A stretch of 64,000 bases of DNA from Chloroflexota bacterium (GCA_023423795.1 JAFAEX010000158.1:5627-69626), one strand, 5' to 3'. Counted from the first letter of the stretch, positions 1 through 9,922 are shown. Translations and numbers: made by a program. The notes: generated from the letters alone by a model not told the origin.

Positions 1-41
1 CTACCGGGCGGAGGAAGCCTTGACGTCGCGGTGATTCGGAC

Positions 42-123
42 CGTCATCCCGAGCCTGTCGAGGGATCTCATTCTTCTCCCAGGTTGGGACAGGACGAGAT
101 CCCTCGGCAGGCTCGGGATGACG
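42..123. repeat. Family-1 interspersed hairpin repeat (28-nt arms, 26-nt spacer)
   Basis: Arms 42-69 (CGTCATCCCGAGCCTGTCGAGGGATCTC) and 96-123 are reverse complements with 1 mismatch. The same arm recurs at 17792, 21096, 31054 (decayed) and 46315 (variant). Confidence 0.85.
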
Positions 124-149
124 GGTTGGTGGCGGCGGCCACGCCTGGA

Positions 150-1856
150 CTACCGCGCGACCAGCGCCCCGTTGAAGCGCCGCTTCGCCAGTCGGTTCGT
201 CAGCCACGCCCAGCGGCGCGAGATTTCGGCATCGCCCGCGCGAGCGGCGTCGGCAGCTTCGGCCTGCATGCCGGCCAGTTCACGCTCCGGCAGCGGCTGC
301 TCGGCGTCGATGGCGTCGAGGATCGCGAGGTAGCGCTCGGCGGCGCCGTCACCACCGACGCGCGGCGCGATCTCCTCGGAAACGAAACGTTCCCACGGCA
401 GGGCGGGATCCCAGCCGAAGCGGGAAAAGGCGAGGTAGGAGAACTCGACCGGGACCTCGAACGGCGACGCTTCGCCCCAGATGGTGAGTCCTTCGACGCC
501 GGTTGCCGCCGCGGTGCGGCAGAGTTCGTAGAAATCGCGCCCGTTGAAGCGGTACCGCTCGGTGTTGCGGCTGCCGTTCCACTGGCAGGCGAACTGGGCG
601 CGGAAGACGTTGTGCTTCGTCGGCAGCCCGGCCACGATTTCGGGGCTTAGTTCTTCCCGCACGTTGTTCCAGTAGGTCCGGTTCAAGGTGTGCTGGTAGA
701 TGCCGGCGTCGGGCAGCGCCCGCAACGGGGCGTGCGCCTCGTGGTCCAGCATGTTGTCCCACTGCAGCTCGGAGTAGAGCCAGAGGTCCTTCCGCCGGGA
801 GGTCGCCGCCTCGAACAAGCGCGGGTAGAAGTCGGCCATGTCAGCATGCGACCACGATTCGGTCGCGCCGCCGCCGCGGCGGTTGGCATCCTCGCGGGCG
901 GCCCGCCGCTCCGAACAGCGCGCGCAGCCGCAGACGCCGTAGTCGCCGCTCTCGATGTTGATGCCGCCGATCTCGAAGGTCTCGGCCAGCCAGCCGATCG
1001 CCTCTTCCATCCAGCGTTGGTTCTCCGGGTGCGACGGGCACCCGGAAACGGTGTAGTCGCTGCGCGGGAAGTTCAGCGGGAAGTCGAGGTCGGCGATCTG
1101 GAACCCGACCGGCCGCTCCATCGTCGCCGCGAGATCCGGGCGCGCCCGCAGCCGGGTGGCCAGGTTGAACTCGTGGTCGCCTTCCCAGTAGACGCCGCCG
1201 TAGGCGTTGATGGCCACGCCGGGAAGGATTCGCACGCCGCGTTCGGTCGCGTAGCGGCAGAGTTCCTGCGCCGCCTCGATGCCGCCGTGGGAATCGCGCA
1301 GGAAGCCGTAGATGACCAGCGCCGCGATCCGGTTCCGGCTCATGAAATCCACGGCCCGGGTGAAGTCGGCCAGGAACCCGTCCGGCGGCTTACCGTAGGG
1401 GTTGAAGACGCCGATCTCCTGCACGCCGATCTGCTCGACGTCCCAGTTCGTGGAGTGGTCCCAGTTCCACCACGTCCGGTAGGGGAGACCGGGCGCGTCC
1501 TCGACCGTGCCGAGCGGCAGTTCAACCGCATTGCCGGAGATCGCGCCGCGCCGCCCGACCAGTTCCTCGACGCCGTAGATGACGCCGGAGAACGGCCCAC
1601 CCGCGATGTCGATCGTCGGCGCGCCGCCGTTGCGTTCGACCGCGATGGCGAACCCGCCCTCGGGCCGCGAATCGTCGCCGCGCAGCCGCACGATCGGGAC
1701 GCCCTCCGGCCGGTCGCCGGCCGGGGCGTCCGCCCACGCGATCGCCGGCCAGGATTGCCGCAGGCGGCGTGCGGCGTGCCGGTGGGTGTCCGCTCCGTCG
1801 ATCAGCACCGTCCCGTCGAGGCGCACCGTGCCCTCGGCGCCAGTTCCGTTGCCCAT
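150..1856 (-). CDS. Hypothetical protein, glycoside-hydrolase-like (function uncertain)
   Basis: Long ORF with coding-like composition. Start chosen at MGNGTG (ATG 1856) behind GAGG, not at the ORF-track start 2009. N-terminal segment resembles GH20b/GH67N-type domains, followed by a TIM-barrel-like region with a CGCARC motif. Assignment is by recollection only. Confidence 0.6.
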   Translation of the reverse strand: MGNGTGAEGTVRLDGTVLIDGADTHRHAARRLRQSWPAIAWADAPAGDRPEGVPIVRLRGDDSRPEGGFAIAVERNGGAPTIDIAGGPFSGVIYGVEELVGRRGAISGNAVELPLGTVEDAPGLPYRTWWNWDHSTNWDVEQIGVQEIGVFNPYGKPPDGFLADFTRAVDFMSRNRIAALVIYGFLRDSHGGIEAAQELCRYATERGVRILPGVAINAYGGVYWEGDHEFNLATRLRARPDLAATMERPVGFQIADLDFPLNFPRSDYTVSGCPSHPENQRWMEEAIGWLAETFEIGGINIESGDYGVCGCARCSERRAAREDANRRGGGATESWSHADMADFYPRLFEAATSRRKDLWLYSELQWDNMLDHEAHAPLRALPDAGIYQHTLNRTYWNNVREELSPEIVAGLPTKHNVFRAQFACQWNGSRNTERYRFNGRDFYELCRTAAATGVEGLTIWGEASPFEVPVEFSYLAFSRFGWDPALPWERFVSEEIAPRVGGDGAAERYLAILDAIDAEQPLPERELAGMQAEAADAARAGDAEISRRWAWLTNRLAKRRFNGALVAR

Positions 1857-1992
1857 GGTCCTCGCTCTCCCGTCGCCAGCGCCGGTGGGCGCGGCCCCAT
1901 TGCCGTATCCGGCGATTCTACGGGGCGCAATCGGGCCGCGCACGGGCGTTGGGCACGGGTACGCTTCCGCCCGGACGGGACAAGTCGCCGGT

Positions 1993-2694
1993 CTAGATGC
2001 CCGGACCACTCCCGCCGGCGTACTCGGCGAGTCCCCAGAGGTCGCGCCAGACGTGGCCGGGCATCGCGCCGTCCGGGGTCGGTTCGACCTTGCGGTTGAT
2101 CCAGGCCGAGTCCATCCCGAGGTGCGACGCCGGACCGATGTCGTACTTGAACCCGAACGCGACGTGCAGGATCTGCTCCGGCGGCTCGCCGACGACCTCC
2201 AGCAGCCGGTGGAAGTTGTTCAGGCTCGGTTTGTAGGAGCCGCATTGCTCGGCGGTGACGACCGCCTCAAAGGGCACGCCCATATGCCGCAGGGAATGGG
2301 CGATCAGGTCGTCGTCGGTGTTGGAGAGGATGACCAGCCGCATTCCCGCCTCCCGCGCTTGTGTCAGCGCCGGGATCGTGTCGGGGAACGGTTGCCACGA
2401 GCGCATCGAGCGGATGAGCGCCTCGCCGTGTGCGTCGTCCCACGGGTAGCCGCGCTCGGTCATCCAGAGGCGCAGGCTCTCCGCGAGGATCGCCTTGTAG
2501 GTCTGGTACGGGCCGTTGATGATCTCGAACTGGATGGCTTCCCAGCGCCGGCGCAGGGCGTCGCCGTTCTCGGCCGGCGTTTCGAAGCGCACGGCGAGGT
2601 CGTACAGGAAGGTCGCCAGCCCGCCCTCCCAGTCGATCAGCGTGCCGAAGCAATCGAATGTGGCGACGCGCGCCCGCGGTCCCGGATCGGTCAT
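1993..2694 (-). CDS. HAD-superfamily hydrolase, haloacid dehalogenase type II-like
   Basis: Starts MTDPGP (ATG 2694, AAAGGA upstream). Motif I FDCFGTLID, SNTDDD and YKP motifs typical of HAD type II. Confidence 0.8.
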   Translation of the reverse strand: MTDPGPRARVATFDCFGTLIDWEGGLATFLYDLAVRFETPAENGDALRRRWEAIQFEIINGPYQTYKAILAESLRLWMTERGYPWDDAHGEALIRSMRSWQPFPDTIPALTQAREAGMRLVILSNTDDDLIAHSLRHMGVPFEAVVTAEQCGSYKPSLNNFHRLLEVVGEPPEQILHVAFGFKYDIGPASHLGMDSAWINRKVEPTPDGAMPGHVWRDLWGLAEYAGGSGPGI

Positions 2695-2783
2695 CGGTCG
2701 GTCCTTTCGGTCGTCGGCGCGCCCGCTCGGCGCCGCTAGCGACCGCAAGTGAACCACCGCGCCGGGACGCCCGGCTTGCCCGA

Positions 2784-3593
2784 TCAGGTCCGGTCTTTGC
2801 CCGATTCGCGCAGGACCGCCGCCCGGTAGGCCGACGGCGGCATCCCGACTTCGCGGGCAAAGAGACGGGTGAACCACGGCTGCGAAACGAACCCGACGCG
2901 CAGCGCGACTTCGCCGGCGGTCAGGTCGGTCGTCGCCAGCAGGTCGCGGGCGCGCTCGATCCGCAGCCGTTGCAGGTAGGCCACCGGCCCGATGCCGTAC
3001 GCGGCGCGGAAGCAGCGGGTCGCGTGGGAGGGGCTGCAACAGGCGGCGGCCGCCGCTTCGGGCAGCGACACCGGCTGGTCCCACGCGGCGTCGAGGAACG
3101 CGCGCACGCGGCCGGCGATCTCGTTGCCGCTGGCGGGCGAAACCGCGCCGGTCGGGCGCACCGCCGCGTCGAGCCCGAGCGCGGCGCGGGCGTACCGGCC
3201 GAGCGCGTCCGCCACGATGGGTGCCGTAAGGGCGCCAGACGCCGCCTCGATCCGCAGCAGCGGCAGCAGGGCAGCGCCGCGGGCATTCAGCGCCCGGAAC
3301 GGGTCCTCTGCATCTCCGTTCGGCGCGGCAGCGAGCGGACCGCGAAAGTCGGCGACGAGAAAGCGGTTATCGCCTCGGGCGGCGAAGACGTGATCGCGCC
3401 CCGGCGGCACCACCGCGCAGCGCAACCCCGTGACGCGGCCCTCCTCGCCGCCAATCGACATCTCCATGACGCCCGCCAGCGGCAGCACCACCTGCAGAAA
3501 GTCATGCCGCTCCGACCGGGGCTTCGCATCGTAGGAGCGTTCGGCGACCGAGAACGGCGGCAGGGGCGAGTGCGCCGCTGGCGGGCGGTCCAT
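2784..3593 (-). CDS. AraC-family transcriptional regulator (cupin N-domain plus HTH)
   Basis: C-terminal AraC-type HTH (GEVALRVGFVSQPWFTRLFAREVGMPPSAYR). Start MDRPPAAH at 3593, directly after the stop of the upstream aminotransferase gene. Confidence 0.8.
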   Translation of the reverse strand: MDRPPAAHSPLPPFSVAERSYDAKPRSERHDFLQVVLPLAGVMEMSIGGEEGRVTGLRCAVVPPGRDHVFAARGDNRFLVADFRGPLAAAPNGDAEDPFRALNARGAALLPLLRIEAASGALTAPIVADALGRYARAALGLDAAVRPTGAVSPASGNEIAGRVRAFLDAAWDQPVSLPEAAAAACCSPSHATRCFRAAYGIGPVAYLQRLRIERARDLLATTDLTAGEVALRVGFVSQPWFTRLFAREVGMPPSAYRAAVLRESGKDRT

Positions 3594-3595
3594 CG

Positions 3596-4762
3596 CTACG
3601 TGTCGAAACTGCGGACGCAGGCGGCCACCCGCTCCAGCGCCTTGCGAAGGTTCTCGTCCGAGTTGGCGTAGGAGAGTCGGAGGTAGCCCTCGCCCTCGGC
3701 TCCGAACGAGGTGCCGGCGATGGCGGCCACCCCGAACTCGTCCAGCAGCCGGTCGGCAAACTGCTTGCTGGTCGCCCCGGTCGCCGTGATGTTCGGGAAG
3801 GCGTAGAACGCGCCCTTGGGCATCACGCAGGTCAGGCCGGGGATGGCGTTGAGGCCGTCCACGATCAGCGACCGGCGGCCGCGGAACGCCTCGATCATCG
3901 CCTTCACGTCGTCCTGCGGCCCGGTCAGCGCTTCCAGCCCGGCGCGCTGCACGGCCGACGAGGTGCAAGAGACGCTGTTGACCATCAGTTTGGAGACGTG
4001 GGGAACGAGTTCGGGCGGCATCAGGCCGTAGCCGAGCCGCCAGCCGGTCATCGCGTAGGTCTTGGAGAACCCGTCGAGGATGATCGTCCGGTCCTGCATC
4101 CCCGGCAGCGCGGCGATGGAGTGATGCTCGCCCTCGTACAGGATCTCGGCGTAGATCTCGTCGGCCAGCACCACGAGGTCGTTCTCGATGGCGATCTTCG
4201 CGATCGCTTCGAGGTCCGACTTTTCCAGCACGCCGCCGGTCGGGTTGGCAGGGGAGTTGATGATCAGCAGCCGCGTCTTCGGCGTGACGAGGCTTGCCAG
4301 TTCCTCGACGTCCAGCCGGAAGTCGTTGCGCTCGCGGATCGGGGCCGGGACCGCCTTCGCACCGACGAAGTCGATCATGCTCCGGTAGATTGGGAAGCCG
4401 GGGTCCGGGTAGATCGCCTCGTCGCCCGCCTGCAGGAGCGCGAGCATGACGAAGAACATGACCGGCTTGCCGCCGGGGGTGACGATCACCTGATCGGGGG
4501 AGTAGGTCGTGCCCCGCTTGTTGATGTAGTCGGCGATGGCGGCCCGCAGGTCCGGCTGACCGTTGGCGGGACCGTAATGGGTCCAGCCGCCCTTGAGCGC
4601 CTCGCAGCCGGCCTCGACGATGTTGGCCGGCGTGTCGAAGTCGGGTTCGCCGATTTCGAGGTGGACGACATCCACGCCCCGACCTTCGAGCGCGCGGGCG
4701 CGCACCAGCACCTCAAAGGCGGTCTCGGTGCCGAGCCGGCCCATCCGGTCAGCGAGTCTCAT
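3596..4762 (-). CDS. Pyridoxal-phosphate aminotransferase class I/II (aspartate aminotransferase-like)
   Basis: Motifs INSPANPTG and FSKTYAMTGWRLGY (PLP lysine). Start MRLADRM at 4762 behind GGGGAGGA. Confidence 0.9.
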   Translation of the reverse strand: MRLADRMGRLGTETAFEVLVRARALEGRGVDVVHLEIGEPDFDTPANIVEAGCEALKGGWTHYGPANGQPDLRAAIADYINKRGTTYSPDQVIVTPGGKPVMFFVMLALLQAGDEAIYPDPGFPIYRSMIDFVGAKAVPAPIRERNDFRLDVEELASLVTPKTRLLIINSPANPTGGVLEKSDLEAIAKIAIENDLVVLADEIYAEILYEGEHHSIAALPGMQDRTIILDGFSKTYAMTGWRLGYGLMPPELVPHVSKLMVNSVSCTSSAVQRAGLEALTGPQDDVKAMIEAFRGRRSLIVDGLNAIPGLTCVMPKGAFYAFPNITATGATSKQFADRLLDEFGVAAIAGTSFGAEGEGYLRLSYANSDENLRKALERVAACVRSFDT

Positions 4763-4880
4763 GCGTCCTCCCCGGCGGCAGCGCCGCGCTGGCTCCAATC
4801 CGTCATGACCATCGGGCCAGAAGGATACCGGAGCCGGGACGGGAACGCTCGCAGCGCGGCGCCACGCAACGGGTCGCCGA

Positions 4881-6689
4881 TCAGCCTTCCACGGTGTCGG
4901 GCTGGTTCGGTGTGCTATCCGCCGCGACGACCGGACGGGATATCCGTATCCCCGGCACGTCCGGGGAGGTGCTCGACGGCACGACCGGCGCGGCCGAGCC
5001 CTGACGCGGCGCCCAGTCCCGGTAGTCGATCAGCGGGAACGGGTTGTCGAGCGCCGCGATCTCGGCGAGGGTGGCGCGTTCGTCCTCGGTGAGCGGGCGG
5101 CGCATCTCGACGATGGACGCCAGCCGCTCGAAACGCTCGAGGTGGCCGCCGAACCGCTCGATCGCGTACTCCTTCGCCTGTCCGGTGGTGACGAGGAACG
5201 GCCAGTCGCTTGATTGAAGCAGCAGCAGTTCGCGCGCGACCTGGTTGAGCAGGTCCTTCCGTTCGCCGATTGCGTCGGGCTCGGCGGCGACCAGCCGCTC
5301 CATCCGCTGCTCCGCGCCGTGGATCAGCGGCCACATCCACTCGGTATCCGGATTGAGCCAGACTGAAAAGTCGCCGTTCGCGCCCCAGCTCGACGCCGGC
5401 AGCGACAGCACCTCGTCGGGCGGGTGGGTTTCCACGATCCGGCTGGCGTTCGAGAGTTCGACCACGTCGCTGGTGGCGAGCCCGCGCAGCACCAGCTTCA
5501 GCCACTCGACGCCCTCGAACCACCAGTGGCCGAACAATTCGGTGTCGTAGGCGGCGGAGACCACGCCGAACTCGCCGGTCGCGGCGTTGTAGGCGGCCAG
5601 TTCGCGTTCCACGAGATCGACGTAGTGGGCGGCGTGGCCGCGCACCTGCTCCTTCGCCCGGTCCGGTTCGTAGGGCGGCTTTTCCCCGAGGTCGAGCCCG
5701 CGCCCGCCGATCCGCCAGTAGTGCATGCCGGACGTGGTGTCCTTGCGGTGGAACTCCCGGTACATGTAGTCGCCCGGATAGCCGTGGGCGGCCGACCACA
5801 CCTGCTGGCCGATGCGGGCATTGCGGGCCAGCACGGCGACGTTGCCGGCCTCGTCGCCGACCCAGTAGGGATGGAACGTGGTGCCGGTCGCCGCCGGCGA
5901 ATCTTCAGCGCGCGGCTCGACCGACACGCGGCGTTCCGTGCCGTACATGCCCATCACGTCTTCGCCCCAGGCCTTGCCGGTGGCGGCGCCGCCCTCGACG
6001 GTGTGGGTCTCGGAGAAGAAGACGCGCAGATCCTCGGCGGCGACGAACGACTCGATGCCCGGCCGCCGGATCGTTTGGCCCTGCTCCTCGACGACCTGGG
6101 CGGGCCGGTAGGCGCACTCCGGCAGCCAGATCGCGCGCGGCGGCGCGCCGAAATGGCCGGCGCTGGTGCGCGCCCCGGTGTGGAGTTGGCCGTGGATCGA
6201 GGAGTCGCGCGACAGCAGCGGCAGGAACCCGTGGGTCGCCGCGCAGGTGGCGATGTCGAGGTTGCCGGTCTCCCGCAGCCGGCGGAACGCGCCGATCAGG
6301 TCCGTGCCGTAGCGGTCGCGGAAATCGCTGACCGTCCGCGCGTACCAGTGGTGGAAGTACCGGGCGAGGTTGGCCATCACCTCGTCGCCGGCCCGCTCGA
6401 ACCGGTCGATGTCGTCGGCCGCCTTCGCCGCGCGCACCGAAGCGTAGGTGATGAAGTTGTCGCGGACGTCGGGATCGGCCAGTTGCTCGGCGAGGATCGG
6501 CGTGATGCCGATCGTCAGCGACCACGGCACGCCCTCGGCGGTCAGCTCGTCGAGGGCGACGAGGATCGGCAGGTAGGTTTCGGCGATCGCCTCGTGAACC
6601 CACTCCTCGCCGTGCGGCCACATCCCGTGGAGGCGGGCGTACGGCAGATGGCTGTGAAGGACGAAGGTGAAGGCGCCGGATTTCGCCAC
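4881..6689 (-). CDS. GH57 1,4-alpha-glucan branching enzyme
   Basis: GH57 signatures FVLHSHLPY, ITPILAEQL, WLPECAYRP, YREFHRKD, ELFGHWWFEG, SDWPFL. GTG start at 6689 (VAKSGAFTF). The 300 upstream codons of the 906-aa ORF overlap malQ and are Arg/Pro/Gly junk. Confidence 0.9.
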   Translation of the reverse strand: MAKSGAFTFVLHSHLPYARLHGMWPHGEEWVHEAIAETYLPILVALDELTAEGVPWSLTIGITPILAEQLADPDVRDNFITYASVRAAKAADDIDRFERAGDEVMANLARYFHHWYARTVSDFRDRYGTDLIGAFRRLRETGNLDIATCAATHGFLPLLSRDSSIHGQLHTGARTSAGHFGAPPRAIWLPECAYRPAQVVEEQGQTIRRPGIESFVAAEDLRVFFSETHTVEGGAATGKAWGEDVMGMYGTERRVSVEPRAEDSPAATGTTFHPYWVGDEAGNVAVLARNARIGQQVWSAAHGYPGDYMYREFHRKDTTSGMHYWRIGGRGLDLGEKPPYEPDRAKEQVRGHAAHYVDLVERELAAYNAATGEFGVVSAAYDTELFGHWWFEGVEWLKLVLRGLATSDVVELSNASRIVETHPPDEVLSLPASSWGANGDFSVWLNPDTEWMWPLIHGAEQRMERLVAAEPDAIGERKDLLNQVARELLLLQSSDWPFLVTTGQAKEYAIERFGGHLERFERLASIVEMRRPLTEDERATLAEIAALDNPFPLIDYRDWAPRQGSAAPVVPSSTSPDVPGIRISRPVVAADSTPNQPDTVEG

Positions 6690-6850
6690 GTCGATCCCTT
6701 TCCGGTCGGTCGCGCCGCGGGTCGCATCCCGTGGGCCATTCTTGCCGAAGTTCCGTGCTCCGTCATCCCGTCGGCCGAAATCGGCTGGCCGCGCCGCGAT
6801 TCGGCGCATTTCGGGGACGGACGCCGGGAACGTAGCGCAGGATGCGGGCC

Positions 6851-8434
6851 TCAACCGGACCAGGGGTCCGCAGCCGTGTGGAGCCGGTGCGCCGCGTTCG
6901 GCGCGGTGTAGTCGAACGGGTCGCGCCCGCGGTCCTCCGTCCGGGGCGGGCGGCGGCCGTAGGCGGTGACGAGTTCGGCCAACCCCGCGCCGAGGCCGGG
7001 GTGGAGCATGTGCTGTTCGTAGCGCCAGCCCCAGTTGCCTTCGGCCCGCCCCGGCGTGTTCATGCGCGCCTCGTCGCCGAGCCGCATCACGTCCTGGAGC
7101 GGGAGGACCGCCATCTCCGCGACCGAGGCGAGGGCGAGCCGGATGAGGTCCCAGGCGATATCGCCGCCGTCCTTGCCGAGGTAGCGCTGCACGTCCTGCC
7201 GCTGCCACTCCGGGAGCGTAGCGAACCAGCCGATCGTCGTCTGGTTGTCGTGCGTCGCCGGGTAGACAACGCAGCCGGGTTCGTAGGTATGCGGCAGGTA
7301 GGCGTTGTCCGCTCCGCTGCCGAAGGCAAATTGCAGGATCTTCATACCGGGCAGGACCAGCGTTTCGCGCAGTTCGACCACGTCGTCGGTGACCACCCCG
7401 AGGTCTTCGACGATGAACGGCAGCTCGCCGAATTCGCCGCGCATCGCCTCGAAGATCGCCGACTTCGGGCCTTCTTCCCACCGGCCCGTGGCGGCGGTCG
7501 GCGCGTCGGCCGGCACCACCCAGGCGGCGGCGAACCCCCGGAAGTGGTCGATCCGCAGCAGATCGACCAGGTCCAGCGAGGCGCGGACCCGTGCCGTCCA
7601 CCAGGCATAGGCTTCGCCGGCGTGCGCGCCCCAGTCGTAGTGGGGGTTGCCCCAGAGTTGCCCCTGGTCGGTGAACGCGTCCGGCGGCACGCCGGCGACG
7701 ACGAGCGGACGCCCCTCGGGATCGAGCCGGAACAGGTGTTGGTTGGCCCAGACGTCGGCGCTGTCATGGGCGACGAAGATCGGCAGGTCGCCGACGATGC
7801 GGATGTCCCGCTCGTTGGCGTAGCGGCGGAGTTCCCGCCACTGCCGCCGAAACTGGAACTGCACGAACTGGTGGAACCGGATCTCGTCGGCGTGCTCGGC
7901 GCGGGCCGCGTCGAGGGCGGCCGGTTCGCGTCGGCGCTGCGCCGCGTCCCAGTCGAGCCAGCCCGCGCCGCCATAAGCGGCTTTCAGGGCCATGAACAGC
8001 GCGTAGTCATCGAGCCAGCCGGCGGCTTCGGCGCGAAATGCGTCGAACGCCTGCCGCTGGTCGGCGGCTGCACCGCGCCGGAACGCCGAGAAGGCATCGC
8101 GCAGCCGCGCCAGTTTCCACGCCTCGACGGCCGGGTAATCCACCGCGTAGTCGGGGAACGGCGGGTGGTTGTCGATGGCGGCCCGTTCCAGCAGGCCGTC
8201 GCCGGCGAGCCAGGAGAGGGAGACGAGGAGGGGATTACCGGCGAAGGCCGACGGTGACGCGTACGGCGAGTTGCCCGGCCCGGGCGGCGTCAGCGGCAGG
8301 ATTTGCCACAACCGTTGGGCGGCCAGCGCGAGCCAATCGACGAAGCGGAACGCCGCATCCCCGAGGTCGCCGATCCCGTGCGGGGCGGGAAACGACGTCG
8401 GGTGGCAAAGAACCCCGCTGTACCGTTGCGCCAT
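6851..8434 (-). CDS. malQ: 4-alpha-glucanotransferase (amylomaltase, GH77)
   Basis: Start MAQRYSGVLCHPTSFP at 8434. GH77 motifs SPYASPSAFAGNPLL, LRIDHFRGF, IVEDLG, ATHDN. Confidence 0.92.
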   Translation of the reverse strand: MAQRYSGVLCHPTSFPAPHGIGDLGDAAFRFVDWLALAAQRLWQILPLTPPGPGNSPYASPSAFAGNPLLVSLSWLAGDGLLERAAIDNHPPFPDYAVDYPAVEAWKLARLRDAFSAFRRGAAADQRQAFDAFRAEAAGWLDDYALFMALKAAYGGAGWLDWDAAQRRREPAALDAARAEHADEIRFHQFVQFQFRRQWRELRRYANERDIRIVGDLPIFVAHDSADVWANQHLFRLDPEGRPLVVAGVPPDAFTDQGQLWGNPHYDWGAHAGEAYAWWTARVRASLDLVDLLRIDHFRGFAAAWVVPADAPTAATGRWEEGPKSAIFEAMRGEFGELPFIVEDLGVVTDDVVELRETLVLPGMKILQFAFGSGADNAYLPHTYEPGCVVYPATHDNQTTIGWFATLPEWQRQDVQRYLGKDGGDIAWDLIRLALASVAEMAVLPLQDVMRLGDEARMNTPGRAEGNWGWRYEQHMLHPGLGAGLAELVTAYGRRPPRTEDRGRDPFDYTAPNAAHRLHTAADPWSG

Positions 8435-8578
8435 GCGTTGCTCCTGGTGGAAACCGCCGAATCGCGGCCCCGTCCCGTCTCCGACGTGCGGCCATGGTCG
8501 CACGATCGGGGCCGAGGGTTGCGGTTGCCCGGATGGAACGATTCCCGCAAGGTTCGGGCCGTCGTTGCGCCGCCCGGG

Positions 8579-8619
8579 AAAACGCGACGAGGCCCGCGCC
8601 ATTCGGCGCGGGCCTCGTC
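8579..8619 (-). terminator. Intrinsic terminator downstream of rpmE
   Basis: Perfect 15-bp GC-rich stem (8586-8600 / 8605-8619), 4-nt loop, followed on the minus strand by GCGTTTT. Confidence 0.8.
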
Positions 8620-8644
8620 AAAGGTGGTGCGATGTGCTCGAAGG

Positions 8645-8995
8645 CTAGGCTTCGGCGCCGGCGGTCGCGACTTCATCGGCGATCTCCGCCGACTCGTTGG
8701 CCGCGTCGTCGCCGGCCGCCCGCTTCTGGGCGTCGGACTGGGCGACGCGGCTGGCCAAACGCTGCTGCCGCTTCGACGGGCGCGCGCCGGCTGCAGCGGC
8801 GTTTTCCATCTTCTTCATGAACCGCTCGACCTGACCGGCGGTGTCAACGATGCGCTGCTCGCCGGTGTAGAACGGGTGGCAGACGTTGCACAGGTCGGTG
8901 CGCAGGTTCTTGCGCGTCGAACGGGTCGTCCAGGAGTTGCCGCAGGCGCACGTGACCGTGGCTTCTTCATACTTCGGGTGGATGTCGGGCTTCAT
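8645..8995 (-). CDS. rpmE: 50S ribosomal protein L31 with about 40-aa C-terminal extension
   Basis: MKPDIHPKY...CHPFYTG...RFMKK is canonical L31. It is followed by an Ala/Asp/Glu-rich tail. Confidence 0.93.
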   Translation of the reverse strand: MKPDIHPKYEEATVTCACGNSWTTRSTRKNLRTDLCNVCHPFYTGEQRIVDTAGQVERFMKKMENAAAAGARPSKRQQRLASRVAQSDAQKRAAGDDAANESAEIADEVATAGAEA

Positions 8996-9076
8996 CGGTA
9001 ATCCTTCGGGGTGGTCCGTTCACCGGCCGTTCCATCGGCCGCGGACGCGATTGGCGCAATTCGTGGGTGCGGCGGC

Positions 9077-9448
9077 CTAGTCGGCGGCGCTGGCCGTTTC
9101 GGCGACCGGCTCGGCGACGAGGTCGAAGACGCTCCAGCCGGCCGACTCGTGCGGGTTCATCAGCAGGGTCTTCGAGCCGCCGATCGGATAGACATCCGGC
9201 GGGTAGACGCTGATCCGCCGCTTGGCGCGGCTCACCGGCTCGAACCGGACCACGCCGTCGATGGTGGCGTAGATCGTGTGGTCCTTGCCGATGCCGACGT
9301 TGTTGCCGACCCAGAACTCGGTGCCGCGCTGGCGGACGATGATGGTGCCGGCGCGCACGATCTGGCCGTCGGAGCGCTTGACGCCGAGCCGCTTCGACTC
9401 GGAATCGCGGCCGTTGCGCGAGCTGCCGACGCCTTTCTTGTGGGCCAT
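9077..9448 (-). CDS. rpmA: 50S ribosomal protein L27 with about 35-aa C-terminal extension
   Basis: [24 protein letters not shown]... is canonical L27. AAAGGA RBS. Confidence 0.93.
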   Translation of the reverse strand: MAHKKGVGSSRNGRDSESKRLGVKRSDGQIVRAGTIIVRQRGTEFWVGNNVGIGKDHTIYATIDGVVRFEPVSRAKRRISVYPPDVYPIGGSKTLLMNPHESAGWSVFDLVAEPVAETASAAD

Positions 9449-9484
9449 GGCGGGTTCCTTTCTGCGACGTCAGGCGTCAGCGAA

Positions 9485-9922
9485 TCAGGCGTTGATCGCG
9501 GTAATGTTGAGCCGGGTGAGGGTCTGGCGGTGGCCGTTCCGGCGCCGGTAGCGCTTCTTCGGCTTGTACTTGAAGACGACGATCTTCTCGCCGCGGTAGG
9601 TCTCCTCGACGGTGGCGGCGACGCTGGCGCCTTCCACCACCGGGGTGCCGACGCGGGTGTCGCCGTCGCCGCCGAGCAGCAGCACGCGGTCGAACGTCAC
9701 CGTCTCACCGTCGGCCACCGGCAGCTTCTCGACCGACAGGCGGTCGCCGACGCTGACGCGGTACTGCTTGCCGCCGGTCTCGATGATCGCGTACGGCGGG
9801 AGCTGGACCGCCAGCGTGTCCGGCTTGGGCTGGTTCTTCCTGCCCGCCGGCCTGGTCGCCTCGCCGCCTTCGGTGGCCGCCGTGCCCGGCCCGGTCTCGG
9901 TCAGGTTCTCGCCGTCGCTCAT
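9485..9922 (-). CDS. rplU: 50S ribosomal protein L21 with about 40-aa N-terminal extension
   Basis: Core YAIIETGGKQYRV...KYKPKKRYRRRNGHRQ is canonical L21. rplU-rpmA gene order is conserved. Confidence 0.9.
   Translation of the reverse strand: MSDGENLTETGPGTAATEGGEATRPAGRKNQPKPDTLAVQLPPYAIIETGGKQYRVSVGDRLSVEKLPVADGETVTFDRVLLLGGDGDTRVGTPVVEGASVAATVEETYRGEKIVVFKYKPKKRYRRRNGHRQTLTRLNITAINA

Noticed and set aside
6690-7601. N-terminal 300 codons of the 906-aa ORF containing the GH57 enzyme
   Set aside because: This part overlaps malQ on the same strand in another frame and is Arg/Gly/Pro junk. GH57 homology begins at the GTG at 6689. Similar 5' over-extensions were trimmed for 41272-43251, 42147-44450, 51127-52677, 1993-3084 and 2784-3968.
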